58,074 nucleotides of DNA. Origin: a virus (lineage: Duplodnaviria > Caudoviricetes). The notes beneath the pieces were generated by a model, which did not search any database, was not told the origin of the DNA, and worked only from the letters and a program-made list of their open reading frames with translations. This document shows positions 9,630 to 20,415 of the stretch, piece after piece. Position 1 is the stretch's first letter; the number at the start of each line of letters is the position of its first letter. Both the position numbers and the translations under genes were made by a program. The stretch lies in IMG/VR virus record IMGVR_UViG_3300027734_000080, positions 1 through 58,074 of that record; one strand, written 5' to 3'.

Positions 9630-10864
9630 GCTTTATTTCGCCCTTCACGGGAAACGTAATCCAACCTACGGACGTTTCTTACAGATCCGTTACGCTTTCT
9701 GCTGATACCCAACTGTTTTGGCCGATTAACGGTGGCGTTACAGACAATGTTGCCGCTCGGATTATGGACGTTACAGCCACTACTGCTGGCTTGTCTTTGT
9801 CTATGCCCCCCGCAAATCAAGCCTCTGTGGGTCAAGACGCCCTGATCCGAAACATTGGCGCTAACACCTTTACTGTTAAAGATGCTGCTGGCAACTCTAT
9901 TGCAAGCGTAGCCCCTAGTGCTTCACGTTACATCTACATCACCACAAACGCCACCATAGCAGGAACATGGGGCAACATTGCATTTGGCGTGGGATCTTCT
10001 AACGTAGATGCTGGCGCATTGGCTGGATACGGCTTAAAGGCTATCAGCAACACCCTAAATGCAGCTCACAACGTCACCACATTCTCTTCTGCCTATACCG
10101 CAATTGCTTCTGACCGTGCCTCTTACTACGTGTGGGACAACGGCGCAGGAACGCTGACCCTTACATCGGCCGTTACGTTAGGTAACGATTGGTTTATGAT
10201 GCTGCGTAATGGCGGGACTGGCACTTTGACCGTGGCCCCCTCTGGAGGAAACCTGATCAATGGTGCAGCTTCTATTTCTTTACAGCCTTCTGATTCCTGC
10301 TTTATCTGCTGCTCTGGTGTGGCTTTCTACACCGTCGGTCTTGGACGCAGCACTCAGTTCAATTTTACGCAGCTTACCAAGGCTGTTACATCTGGTAGCT
10401 ACACTCTAACCTCCGCTGAGGCCGCAAACGTCGTACAGAAGTACACAGGAACCTTAAGCGGAAACGTAACCGTTACAGTCCCACAAACCGTTCAGGTTTA
10501 TTACATCACCAACCAAACCAATGGAACTGGTGCTGGGTATACCATCACCTTTACCACAGGAGCTGGAGGCGGCACAGCAACCGTTCCCGCGGGTCAGCAG
10601 GTAATTTTGCTATGTGACTCTGTAAACCTCTTAAACGCATCTACGATTGCCGCTGGAGCCACCACTGTTTCTTTGGTCTCTGGTTCTGTGGGCGCACCAG
10701 CTCTAAACTTTGCCTCAGAGTCTTCTACAGGTATTTATCGTTCTGCAACTGCTGAACTAGCAATGGCCATCCTTGGCGTTAATTTGTTTACGCTGTCATC
10801 CTCTGGATTAACCATAAGCGGTACAGGAACCTTTACAGGCGGCATTTCGGGCGGAGTGTTCTAA
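9626..10864 (+). CDS. Virion tail structural protein
   Basis: Beta-rich Thr/Ser/Gly protein in the tail module; ends GGISGGVF. Confidence 0.65.
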   Translation: MSFISPFTGNVIQPTDVSYRSVTLSADTQLFWPINGGVTDNVAARIMDVTATTAGLSLSMPPANQASVGQDALIRNIGANTFTVKDAAGNSIASVAPSASRYIYITTNATIAGTWGNIAFGVGSSNVDAGALAGYGLKAISNTLNAAHNVTTFSSAYTAIASDRASYYVWDNGAGTLTLTSAVTLGNDWFMMLRNGGTGTLTVAPSGGNLINGAASISLQPSDSCFICCSGVAFYTVGLGRSTQFNFTQLTKAVTSGSYTLTSAEAANVVQKYTGTLSGNVTVTVPQTVQVYYITNQTNGTGAGYTITFTTGAGGGTATVPAGQQVILLCDSVNLLNASTIAAGATTVSLVSGSVGAPALNFASESSTGIYRSATAELAMAILGVNLFTLSSSGLTISGTGTFTGGISGGVF

Positions 10865-13068
10865 TGACGCAGAAGGTATTTGCTCTTGACACCAAGCCTG
10901 GCGTCCAACGGGACGGAACCATCTTTGATAAGCAATTTTACAATGATGGACGCTGGGTAAGGTTTCAGCGTGGACGCCCTAGAAAGATGGGCGGGTATCG
11001 TGTCATTTCTGATCAACTAACAGGCCCATCAAGGGGCATTTGGGTTAATGCTCAGAATGCATTTAACTACATCTTCAGTGGTTATAACAATGGTTTGCAA
11101 GTGCTCACTATTGATGATAACGGCATTGGGGCTGGAATTAATAACTTTACACTGTCAAACTTTACCGCCTCCAACCTAAACCTTTGGCAGTTTGATGGTT
11201 TCTACGATGTTGCGGGTGCTGGGGTTCAATCATTGCTGGCACACCCAGGGCAAAACCTCGCCTCAGTTGACAACGACTTTAATACGCCCGTCCTAATTGG
11301 CGACATTAATGGCACAACCATGTCACAGATTGGCACATTTACCGCCACAATTACCTCTACTGGCACTGCTGTAGTGACTATTCCAGCTTTAAATCCTTTG
11401 ATTGGTGCTGGACAAACCATAACAGGAACCAGCATTCCACCCAACACCACGGTGGTCTCGGTCTCCACAACCAACATAACTTTGTCTAGCGTAATTCCTG
11501 CTGGAGTCATTGTTGCGACTTTTAGCAACAACATTACTGTTTCTGGTGGGGTGGTGTCGCTTCACCCTTACGTCTTTGTTTACGGCAACAACGGCCTGAT
11601 TCAGAACTGCTCCGCTGGAAATGCCCAAGACTGGGTCTCCGCAGATGCTAATGCGACCAACGTAGCCACAGGAAAGATTGTCCAAGGGTTACCAGTCAGG
11701 GGTGGTTCAAATGCGCCTTCTGGGCTGTTTTGGAGCCTTGATAGCCTGATTCGCGTGTCTTATATCGGTGGAGCTGGAACACCCCCACAATACTGGCGCT
11801 ATGACATCATCAGCTCGCAGTCTTCTATTCTGTCTAGCCAATCTGCAATTGAGTACGATGGTGTTTACTATTGGTGCGGAGTAGACCGTTTCTTGATGTA
11901 CAACGGTGTTGTTAAAGAAATTCCTAACAACATGAACCAAAATTATTTCTTTGACAACCTGAACTATGCTCAAAGGCAAAAAGTTTGGGTCAGCAAAGTA
12001 CCTCGTTTTGGTGAGGTTTGGTGGTTCTACCCTAGAGGTGACGCTACTGAGTGTACTGACGCTATCATCTACAACACCCGTGAAAACATTTGGTACGACG
12101 CTGGCCAAGCTTTAGGTGCTCGCCGCTCGGCTGGTTACTTTTCGCAAGTGTTTCACTATCCTGTGCAAGCTAATTGGGATACATCCCCAGCGGCTACCGT
12201 TTTTACTTCTTCATTTAACACGGTAAGCGGAAGCCAATTCTTGTATCTAGACACGTACAACACCCAAGTTGTTTTGGGGCTGATTATTTCTGGTTCAGGA
12301 ATTCCTGCAAACACTTACGTTACAGCCATAAAGACCAGCAGCATCAAGACACTAGGAGCGATTACTGGAGGCGCAGGTTACGTTATCGGCACCTACACCA
12401 ACGTCACTCTTACTGGTGGCAGCGGAAGCGGCGCAAAGGCTACTGTAACCGTTGCTCTAGGCGCTGTAACAGCCGTTACCGTAACATCTAGAGGCGCTGG
12501 CTACCAAGTAGGAGATGTTCTTAGCGCATCCAATACCGAGTTGGGCGGGACTGGTGCTGGGTTCTCTGTTCCTGTTGCAACTTTGTATGCACAGGGCATT
12601 CAGATGTCTGCCGCAGCTACCGCAACGGCTACTGCCTCTCTGACATTTTCTACCCCGCCAAACAGAATTGAAATCCTCCAACATGAGATTGGAACAGACG
12701 CCATCAACGGGCAGAACGTTAATGCCATTGAAAGCTATTTTGAGACTAATGATCTAGGATGGGTCTCTGGAGGCCCCTCAGAACCCGCCATGACTGGAGC
12801 AAACAGATGGCTAAGGCTAGAGAGGGTAGAGCCTGATTTTGTGTTAGAGGGTAATATGACTCTTTACGTCACAGGTCGTCCCTATGCACAATCGGATGAT
12901 GCTCAATCTGTCCCTTATGTGTTTGATGCAAACACCAATAAAATTGACATGAAAGAACAGCGGCGGGAGCTTAGATTGAAGTTTGTGTCTAATGAAGCTG
13001 GTGGTGACTATCAATTGGGGCGTGTGCTCTTAAATGCAGATTTGGCGGGAGATGTCCGTGGATATTAG
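10864..13068 (+). CDS. Tail nozzle/stabilisation protein (tail tubular B / P22 gp10-like)
   Basis: WVRFQRGRP N-terminus, FGEVWWFYP motif, size and position. Confidence 0.6.
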   Translation: MTQKVFALDTKPGVQRDGTIFDKQFYNDGRWVRFQRGRPRKMGGYRVISDQLTGPSRGIWVNAQNAFNYIFSGYNNGLQVLTIDDNGIGAGINNFTLSNFTASNLNLWQFDGFYDVAGAGVQSLLAHPGQNLASVDNDFNTPVLIGDINGTTMSQIGTFTATITSTGTAVVTIPALNPLIGAGQTITGTSIPPNTTVVSVSTTNITLSSVIPAGVIVATFSNNITVSGGVVSLHPYVFVYGNNGLIQNCSAGNAQDWVSADANATNVATGKIVQGLPVRGGSNAPSGLFWSLDSLIRVSYIGGAGTPPQYWRYDIISSQSSILSSQSAIEYDGVYYWCGVDRFLMYNGVVKEIPNNMNQNYFFDNLNYAQRQKVWVSKVPRFGEVWWFYPRGDATECTDAIIYNTRENIWYDAGQALGARRSAGYFSQVFHYPVQANWDTSPAATVFTSSFNTVSGSQFLYLDTYNTQVVLGLIISGSGIPANTYVTAIKTSSIKTLGAITGGAGYVIGTYTNVTLTGGSGSGAKATVTVALGAVTAVTVTSRGAGYQVGDVLSASNTELGGTGAGFSVPVATLYAQGIQMSAAATATATASLTFSTPPNRIEILQHEIGTDAINGQNVNAIESYFETNDLGWVSGGPSEPAMTGANRWLRLERVEPDFVLEGNMTLYVTGRPYAQSDDAQSVPYVFDANTNKIDMKEQRRELRLKFVSNEAGGDYQLGRVLLNADLAGDVRGY

Positions 13069-13312
13069 AGGCCCAGCACTTGTTTATGACCCAAGGTTTC
13101 ATTCTTTTGATTCTTGGGCTAGTCTGATGTGTGAGTTGTATGCTCCGCAGCAGCTAGAAATTCCTAGCGCCCAAACGGATTGGAAGGTTTGGGGCAATGG
13201 CATAAAAGCAATTGATGTATTTACAAATGAAGCTATCCCTTCAACAGACAACTATGAAGACTGGCAAGTGTGGGCAGAAGCTCTAGTAAACGCCGTCAAC
13301 CCAGCAACTTGA
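13034..13312 (+). CDS. Hypothetical virion protein (start uncertain)
   Basis: Trp-rich ORF coupled to the tail gene. Confidence 0.55.
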   Translation: MQIWREMSVDIRGPALVYDPRFHSFDSWASLMCELYAPQQLEIPSAQTDWKVWGNGIKAIDVFTNEAIPSTDNYEDWQVWAEALVNAVNPAT

Positions 13313-13321
13313 GGTATTGAT

Positions 13322-13684
13322 ATGACACCAGCAGAAGTTATTACGGCAGACGCCAATGAGCGCGGAATAGACCCTCAACAAGTGTTGGGTGCTGTTGCTC
13401 AACTAATACAGAACAACCAAGGCAAGCTGTTTAATGCAGGGAATTCTGTTTTGTTTGTGCGCTTGTTATCTGAAGATATGGGTGAACTTCATTTCTTTAC
13501 GGAAGATTCTCCTATTGCGATTGCACGGTACATCAAAGTATTTTGGAATGGGCTAAAGGAAACTGGCATTAAACGAGTTTATGGCAATGCCGACAACCAA
13601 GAAATATTGCAGCTAATTCAAAGGGCTGGAGCAGACATACAACAACCCGATCTTGAGGGTTATAACTGGATGGCAGAAGTATGA
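13322..13684 (+). CDS. Hypothetical protein in the P22 gp14 / T7 gp13 position (possible GNAT fold)
   Basis: Position before the ejection genes; alpha/beta pattern. Confidence 0.4.
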   Translation: MTPAEVITADANERGIDPQQVLGAVAQLIQNNQGKLFNAGNSVLFVRLLSEDMGELHFFTEDSPIAIARYIKVFWNGLKETGIKRVYGNADNQEILQLIQRAGADIQQPDLEGYNWMAEV

Positions 13685-15846
13685 GATACCATCGTTTTGA
13701 TTTTCCCGATTTACCTATAAATGCTTTTAAGCACTATGGGGATAGACGCATCAAGCCTCAAGGTGGGGGTGGTGGAGGTTTTGTAAGTGATTTTATAGGC
13801 AATCCCCTTGGAACCACTTTAGATACAGCTTCTAGTATTGTTAACGGTGCATCTGACACTTTGCATCAAGTAACTGCTCCAGTATCAGACGTTGCGGTTG
13901 ATATGCTGAACACTGCGGCTAATGTAATTAAAAACGGAGGAGGAATTCTTACACCATTTAAAGGCATTTCTGATATGCTTCATAATGCTGGTGAAGGTAT
14001 ATCAAATACTCTCTCCAATGTAGGAGAAGGTGTATCAGACGTAATCCATGATGTTGGAACAACAGTAGCTAAAAGCCCTATTCTTAACACTGCCGCCTAT
14101 GCGTTCATGGTTGCTAATGGCGTTCCTCCATCTGTTGCTGCTGGCCTTGTATCTGCAAATGCTGGTGCGTCTCCAGAAAATGTTGTTAAAAACATGGCCT
14201 TGGCTGGGATTGGTTCTGAGATAGCCAATCAAGTAGCGCCAGAAATTTCCCAAATGACGGGAAGCTCAACTGCTGGCACAATTGCTGGACAGGCTGCTGG
14301 TTCGGCCGCAACTGCTGCGCTTACTGGTAGAGATCCCATTCAGGCCGCTACAAATGCTTTGATAACGGGCGGGATAACTGCGGGCACCGCGGAAGTTTTG
14401 GGCCAAGTAGACGGATACAGCGACCTTACTCCCACCCAACAAAGAGCTGTTTCTGCCGCCGTCTCTGCGGGGCTTCAAGGTAAAGACCCTACCGCCGCTT
14501 TAATTCGTGGCGCTATCAATATTGGCAAAGAAAAAGTACAGGATGAAATAAAGTACGCCAAATATGAAGATATGGACTTTGGAGTCAATCAAGGAACTGT
14601 GGACAAACTTGCAGAGTTGCAAGCTAGAGAAGTAGAAGCAGAAGATGCCGCTCGTGCTGCTGCGGAACAACGTCTTGCAGAAGAAAAAAACATTAGACAA
14701 ATTGAAGCCGCTAGGGCAGAGCAGGGCGCTACAGATATAACCGCGCCTACCAATACAGAACCCGCCGTTGATGAAAGTTACTTATCAAAATTAAGCCCAG
14801 CAGACCTTGAGCGGTATAAAGCAATGCAAGCTGGCATAGATACTGTTCCAAACCTTAAACCGCAAGATTCTGGAGTTTCTCAAGAAAGTATAGACAGCTC
14901 CCAAGCAACTCAAAAAGCAAACGAGGCTGCTGGTAAGTGGCCCGCTGGTTATAAAGCCAACGAAGATGGCACAGCCACAATGGTGCGCGATGATGGAAGC
15001 ACCACTACTATTGATGATAAAGGCAATATTGTTTATACAACAGAGGCTCCACCAGGCAGTCTTATCAGTGACAAAGTAACGGATAGTACTTTTACTAAGT
15101 TGTCTACAACACAAAAGTCTACAGCTCTAGATATGGTGAAGAACGGCATCCCGCTAAATCAAGCCGTTCAATATGTGAACTCTATGGGGCAGACTGCATC
15201 TCAACCAGCTCAACAAGCTCAACAAACCCAACAAACATCATCTGGAACTACACCATCTCCGCTATCACCTCAATACTTAACCTCAACAGCAAATAAGCAA
15301 GGGTTTGTAAATCCGCTATCAACATATCAAAAAATGGTTGCTTCGGATACAGCCCCTTTGCAGCCAAACCCAACACAAGATACCGTGCAAGTCTCACAAG
15401 GTAATGTTATGCCAGATTATTACAGTTATGGACAAAACCAATCTATTGATGATATATTGGGTATAACCGCTAAAGAGGGCGGTCTTGTTACACCTTTAAT
15501 GGCTAAAGGTGGATCAGTCCAAAAGTACGCAGAGGGCGGTCTATCAGTCCCAATGATGAATCATGGCGGCAAGATGCGCGGCGACTTCAGACACGGGGCG
15601 CATGTTGCGGGGCCTGGTGACGGTCAAAGTGACGACATTCCTGCAATGCTCGCAGACGGCGAGTTTGTGTTCCCGGCAGACGTGGTTTCCGCTTTGGGTA
15701 ACGGCTCTACTAAGGCTGGATCTCAAAAGCTATACGACATGATGCATTCCATTCGTGATCGAGCAAGATCAAAAGGCCCTAAAGATTTACCGCCTCCTGC
15801 GTTAAAATCACCACTAGATTATTTGAGCAAAAAGTCAAGGAGCTAA
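13681..15846 (+). CDS. Internal virion / ejection protein
   Basis: Leader followed by GGGGGG, Ala/Gly-rich hydrophobic region, GPGDGQSDDIPAMLADGEFV motif. Confidence 0.6.
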   Translation: MRYHRFDFPDLPINAFKHYGDRRIKPQGGGGGGFVSDFIGNPLGTTLDTASSIVNGASDTLHQVTAPVSDVAVDMLNTAANVIKNGGGILTPFKGISDMLHNAGEGISNTLSNVGEGVSDVIHDVGTTVAKSPILNTAAYAFMVANGVPPSVAAGLVSANAGASPENVVKNMALAGIGSEIANQVAPEISQMTGSSTAGTIAGQAAGSAATAALTGRDPIQAATNALITGGITAGTAEVLGQVDGYSDLTPTQQRAVSAAVSAGLQGKDPTAALIRGAINIGKEKVQDEIKYAKYEDMDFGVNQGTVDKLAELQAREVEAEDAARAAAEQRLAEEKNIRQIEAARAEQGATDITAPTNTEPAVDESYLSKLSPADLERYKAMQAGIDTVPNLKPQDSGVSQESIDSSQATQKANEAAGKWPAGYKANEDGTATMVRDDGSTTTIDDKGNIVYTTEAPPGSLISDKVTDSTFTKLSTTQKSTALDMVKNGIPLNQAVQYVNSMGQTASQPAQQAQQTQQTSSGTTPSPLSPQYLTSTANKQGFVNPLSTYQKMVASDTAPLQPNPTQDTVQVSQGNVMPDYYSYGQNQSIDDILGITAKEGGLVTPLMAKGGSVQKYAEGGLSVPMMNHGGKMRGDFRHGAHVAGPGDGQSDDIPAMLADGEFVFPADVVSALGNGSTKAGSQKLYDMMHSIRDRARSKGPKDLPPPALKSPLDYLSKKSRS

Positions 15847-15847
15847 T

Positions 15848-16858
15848 ATGGCTGACATTTTTCAGGGCACAATTGCCCCAGACGTTAATACCACAAGAAC
15901 AACTGGTACTACCGCCCCCCAATATTACACCGATTACTTGAGTGGTTTGGCTAGTGCGGGTACTACTGCCCTTAATCGTCCCACTAGCGAACTTGTAGCC
16001 CCTATGACTGCATTGCAGCAGCAGGGCTATGCAGCCATCCCTGGTGCCGCCACAGCGTATCAGCCAGGCCTTACCGCGGCAGAACAAACCGTTTCAGGCG
16101 TTGCTCAAGGTCTAACTCCTGAGAAAATTCAATCCTTAATGAATCCTTACACCACAGGCGTGGTGAATGAGATGGAGCGTCTGCAACAGCAAAACATCCA
16201 GCGTAACCTGATGCCTCAACTGAAGGCTGGTTTTGTTGGCAGTGGTGGACTAGGTAGCCAACGCTACGCAAATGCTTTAGGACAGACTGCTGCCGATTGG
16301 CAATCTAACCTGCTTGGTGCTCAGACTGGTGCTTTACAGCAAGGCTATAACCAAGCCCTGCAAGCCGCCATCAATGAAGGTCAATTGCAAAATCAAGCCG
16401 CACAAATCCAAGGCAATCTTGCTGGCCAACAACAGACATTAGGACTTGCTGGTGCTGGTGCTATGACTAAGGGCGGCGCAGAACAACAAGCCTTTGAGCA
16501 AGCCAAGATCAATGCACCTCTGACACAAGCTACTAACGTGGCTAATCTGATGAAAGGCTATAACGTGCCATCATCTACTACTGAGACTTACAAGGGGCCA
16601 TTGCCTGGCGCTTATGGTGCTTCTCCATTGAGCCAAGTTACTGGCTTGGGTGCATTAGTTGGAAGCGGATTGGGAAGCACTACAACAGTTACCCTTGGCC
16701 CAGATGGAAAACCAATTACAACAACAAATCCAAATTGGTTAAAGTCTATTTTTAATCAATTACCATCATTCAATAATATTTTTGGATCAACTGGATTAGA
16801 TAATACAGGCGGAGTTGGCACTAGCGCCGTTGGCGGTGTGGATGTTGGTGAGTTTTAA
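15848..16858 (+). CDS. DNA ejection / pilot protein
   Basis: Gln/Ala/Gly-rich helical protein with MNPY and GGLGSQR motifs. Confidence 0.6.
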   Translation: MADIFQGTIAPDVNTTRTTGTTAPQYYTDYLSGLASAGTTALNRPTSELVAPMTALQQQGYAAIPGAATAYQPGLTAAEQTVSGVAQGLTPEKIQSLMNPYTTGVVNEMERLQQQNIQRNLMPQLKAGFVGSGGLGSQRYANALGQTAADWQSNLLGAQTGALQQGYNQALQAAINEGQLQNQAAQIQGNLAGQQQTLGLAGAGAMTKGGAEQQAFEQAKINAPLTQATNVANLMKGYNVPSSTTETYKGPLPGAYGASPLSQVTGLGALVGSGLGSTTTVTLGPDGKPITTTNPNWLKSIFNQLPSFNNIFGSTGLDNTGGVGTSAVGGVDVGEF

Positions 16859-16869
16859 GGATAAACATC

Positions 16870-18333
16870 ATGGCAACAAACCCATTACTAGATATGCAAA
16901 AGCCTGAAGATGATGGCTACAACATGGCCCTTCAGAGGCTTATGTCTACGCTTGATTCTCGTCAGAATAGAGGCTACAACCCCAACCTTTTGGCTATTGC
17001 TGAAGGCATGTTGACGCCTACCGCTACTGGGTCTTTTGGTGAGGGTATTGGACAAGCAGCCAAAGCTGTTCGCGGAGTTCAAGAACAAGAGGCTAGGCGC
17101 GAGCAGGATAATGCCATGATGCGCTTCCAGTTAGCCAAAGAGAACATGGGCATACAGGAAAAAAGACGCAAGCAAGATTTGTTGGGCCAACTCTATAAAG
17201 AAACGCCACAAGGTTTTATACTTGACACAGAAAAAGCAAAAGAGTTAGCTCGTGTGACTGGAGATCCACAGTACATACAGCAAATTATTGCTAGTGAAAA
17301 ACAAAATAAAATGCGTCTAATTGGCGAACAAATGTTCACGCCAAAAACAATTGAAACAGATGGCGTTAAAAAAACAACATACGAATTTAATCCGAGTGCT
17401 GTATTTGATTTGGCAAAAATTTCTGACAATCCTGTTGAAGCCGTTGCTAAGTATGCTGAGATGGTTCCCAAATTGCGTAAAGCGGGAATGTTGGGTGGCG
17501 AGACAACAGACGCTACTCCATTTGATGCCATTTCCCTCATGTCAACAGATCCGGCAATTAAACTTCAAGCTCAAAATCTTGCGAAAAAATATTCAAAAGG
17601 TTTGATAGATGAAGATAAAGCCAATACGCTTGCCCAACAAATGTTGACCATGATGACAAGTCACATGGATCGTCAACAAGCAATGCAGTTTAATCAAGCA
17701 ATGCAAGGCATCATGTTGGGTCTACGCCAAGATCAAATGAGTTTTAATCAACTCATGCAAAAAGAAAAAATGGAAAAAGAGAAAAAAGAACAAGAGTCAA
17801 AACTTACAGACCAACAAAAAATTGATTATCAAAAAGTAATTGTTCCAATTATCAATGAGGGTGTAAAAGCAAGTTCTGCTTTGGCTCAAGTTGGTCAAAT
17901 TAAAAATCAAATAGAGAAAGCACCAAGTGGTGTCATGTCTGGCTTGTACGCATCTTCTGTTGGAAGACTGTTTGGAACAGATGATAATACCGCTCTTAGA
18001 AATTTAGAAGCACTCAGCAAATCATTGATTCCTATGATTCCTAGATTGCCAGGCCAAGCCTCCAATCTTGATGCCCAAAATCTTGAAAAGTCTATTGGTA
18101 GATTAACTGATCCAACCCTCACCAACGCACAAAGAAGAACGCTGGTTGCAGAAATTGAAAGTGGATTTAAAAGATTGTCTGATCGGGCTGAAGAATACCA
18201 AACTCATTGGGAATCCAATAAAACTTTGCCAAAAATTTCAAGCGCTCCTAAAGAATTGCCTAAACAAGCTCCACAACAATCTTCTCAACCATCAACTAGC
18301 GGATTCAAAATTCTTGGCGTGGAGAAACCATAA
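16870..18333 (+). CDS. Internal virion / ejection protein
   Basis: Helical coiled-coil protein in the ejection cluster. Confidence 0.55.
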   Translation: MATNPLLDMQKPEDDGYNMALQRLMSTLDSRQNRGYNPNLLAIAEGMLTPTATGSFGEGIGQAAKAVRGVQEQEARREQDNAMMRFQLAKENMGIQEKRRKQDLLGQLYKETPQGFILDTEKAKELARVTGDPQYIQQIIASEKQNKMRLIGEQMFTPKTIETDGVKKTTYEFNPSAVFDLAKISDNPVEAVAKYAEMVPKLRKAGMLGGETTDATPFDAISLMSTDPAIKLQAQNLAKKYSKGLIDEDKANTLAQQMLTMMTSHMDRQQAMQFNQAMQGIMLGLRQDQMSFNQLMQKEKMEKEKKEQESKLTDQQKIDYQKVIVPIINEGVKASSALAQVGQIKNQIEKAPSGVMSGLYASSVGRLFGTDDNTALRNLEALSKSLIPMIPRLPGQASNLDAQNLEKSIGRLTDPTLTNAQRRTLVAEIESGFKRLSDRAEEYQTHWESNKTLPKISSAPKELPKQAPQQSSQPSTSGFKILGVEKP

Positions 18334-20102
18334 TGGCTGATGTAATCTACAGAATACAAGCCCCTGATGGAAATATATTGAGAATTCAGGGGCCAGAGGG
18401 TGCTTCTGAGGCGCAGCTTTTAGAGGTTGCCCGCACTCAATATGTGGCCCAAAAAGCCGCAGAGCCTAAAGCTGAAGTTAGGGCTGAACCACAAAAAGTA
18501 GAAGCTCCTAAGAATAATCTTGCCAAACGGATTGAGTCTGGGGAAACCTATGTTGATCCTATGGGCGGCATTTACAGCCCAGAAATGGCTGCTTTTGGTG
18601 CTCCCATTGCGTCTGCTGCATTGGGTACTTTAAAACCTATTGCTGGCGCTGCACAGTTTTTAGGAATCAACAAACCAGCACAAGAAGTAGAAAAGTTATC
18701 CAAAACCCTTAAAGAGATTGGTGGAACTCCATCCTCTGTTGGTGAGTTTGTGGGAGAGGTGGCTAGCCCACTTTCTTTGAAGCTTGGTAAAGTCGCAGAA
18801 AAAGGCATTAGTGCTATTCCCAAGGTGGGCAAATCTGTTACCGCAAGAATGGCTGGCCAAGGTGCTGCTAGTGCTGCGCTAACACCCACATCTGATCAAG
18901 AAGACTACGCTAAGTTTCTTGAGGAAAAAGCTGGTCAAGTTGGGTTTGGAGCTGGAGCTGGCGCAGCCTTGGGAAAAGCAACTCAAGTAGCCATGAGTCC
19001 ACAAGTGTCAGAAAAAATGCAAATGCTCAAAGACATGGGCATGAAGTATTTCACCCCAGGCCAATTGGCAAGCGAAATTCCTGTTTTAGGCAGGTTGGCC
19101 CAAGGACTAGAGGCAAAGCTTACTAGCGTACCCGTTGCTGGTCAAATGGTTGCCCAAGGCATCAAAACAAGCGCAGAAGACTTTAATCGAGCACTGGCTA
19201 ACAGAGTGCTAAAGCCTTTGGGCGAAACAGTTCCCAAGGATATTCCTGCTGGCCGCCCAATGGTTGAATTTTTGGAAAACGAAATTAGCAGCAGATATGA
19301 TGAAATTTTGCAAAAAGCTAAATTTGTTAACAGATCTTCAACCGCAAACTCAAAAGGAACAGTAGAGACTTTGTGGGATAACATTTCAAAAACCACCAAT
19401 GATATGGTTCCATCACAAAGCAGATCTTTTGAGAAAGACATTGTGGAGAATGTTATCCAGCATCTTGAAAACAATACAGTTTTAAGCGGCGGGCAATTTA
19501 GAACGCTGGAGAGGTATCTTGGCGAGCAATCCAGCAGAAATTATGCTATGGGTCAAAATGAAGTTGCTCAAGCCTACTCTAAGGTTCAAGACATTCTTAG
19601 AAAAGAGCTTACAAAACAAAACCCGCAAATAGGTAAGCTTTTGACCGATACCCATCAAGCTTTTAAAAACTTGCTGCCTGTAAAGAAATCATCCGAAATG
19701 GTTGGTGCAGAAGAGGGCGTATTCAGCCCAACTCAGTTTAGGGGACAGGCAAAAGGCAAGCCTGAGTTGCAAAAGATTTCTGATGCCTCTATGAGGGTTT
19801 TAGGGCCAGCCGCACCCAATAGCGGTACGGCAGATAGATTGTTGGCTGCAAGCTTGCTAGGTGGCGCTTCTGGAGCTGCTGGCGTTACCGGAGGTTTAGC
19901 TGGGGCTGCTGCCGTTCCGCTTGTTCCGCTTGCATTGAGCGGTATGCTTTACAACAAACCAGCTATGGGCTTGTTAACTAAAATGGCAACTGATCGTCCA
20001 CAGTTTATGAAGCAAGCTGCTCCATTGGCATCTCAGGCTGCTGCTCGTGGCGCTGGAGTTTTGTCTGCAAGACCAGAAGAACAAAACATCTTGGATCAGT
20101 AA
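18333..20102 (+). CDS. DNA ejection protein (P22 gp16-like)
   Basis: APDG..I.GPEGAS N-terminus, TPGQ and PNSGTADR motifs, hydrophobic C-terminus. Confidence 0.6.
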   Translation: MADVIYRIQAPDGNILRIQGPEGASEAQLLEVARTQYVAQKAAEPKAEVRAEPQKVEAPKNNLAKRIESGETYVDPMGGIYSPEMAAFGAPIASAALGTLKPIAGAAQFLGINKPAQEVEKLSKTLKEIGGTPSSVGEFVGEVASPLSLKLGKVAEKGISAIPKVGKSVTARMAGQGAASAALTPTSDQEDYAKFLEEKAGQVGFGAGAGAALGKATQVAMSPQVSEKMQMLKDMGMKYFTPGQLASEIPVLGRLAQGLEAKLTSVPVAGQMVAQGIKTSAEDFNRALANRVLKPLGETVPKDIPAGRPMVEFLENEISSRYDEILQKAKFVNRSSTANSKGTVETLWDNISKTTNDMVPSQSRSFEKDIVENVIQHLENNTVLSGGQFRTLERYLGEQSSRNYAMGQNEVAQAYSKVQDILRKELTKQNPQIGKLLTDTHQAFKNLLPVKKSSEMVGAEEGVFSPTQFRGQAKGKPELQKISDASMRVLGPAAPNSGTADRLLAASLLGGASGAAGVTGGLAGAAAVPLVPLALSGMLYNKPAMGLLTKMATDRPQFMKQAAPLASQAAARGAGVLSARPEEQNILDQ

Positions 20103-20149
20103 TAGGTTACAATTACCCCACAACCTTGCAGTTGCCACTTCAAGGAATT

Positions 20150-20176
20150 AGCCCCCATCTCTGGGGGCTTTTTTTT
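20150..20176 (+). terminator. Intrinsic terminator at the convergence of the late and leftward operons
   Basis: AGCCCCCA-TCTC-TGGGGGCT followed by a T run. Confidence 0.85.
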
Positions 20177-20178
20177 AC

Positions 20179-20415
20179 CTACAGATTACCTCTGTACTCT
20201 TCCAACGCCCTGCCCACGTTTGTGTTTAGGGTGTTAACAAAGCGAACACACATAGCTCGTTCAGTCTGTGCGATACGGTGTGAAGCCACCAAGATGACCT
20301 TGTCAGCAAACTCCATGATGTCCAAATCGCCTGAGTAGAAGCCCTTTGGGTTCTCATTGTTAGTCTGAAAAAAGATCTGCTTGATGTCATCTTCTGTCAA
20401 CCAAGGGTTTTTCAT
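20179..20415 (-). CDS. Hypothetical protein
   Basis: Coupled ORF in the leftward operon. Confidence 0.65.
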   Translation of the reverse strand: MKNPWLTEDDIKQIFFQTNNENPKGFYSGDLDIMEFADKVILVASHRIAQTERAMCVRFVNTLNTNVGRALEEYRGNL

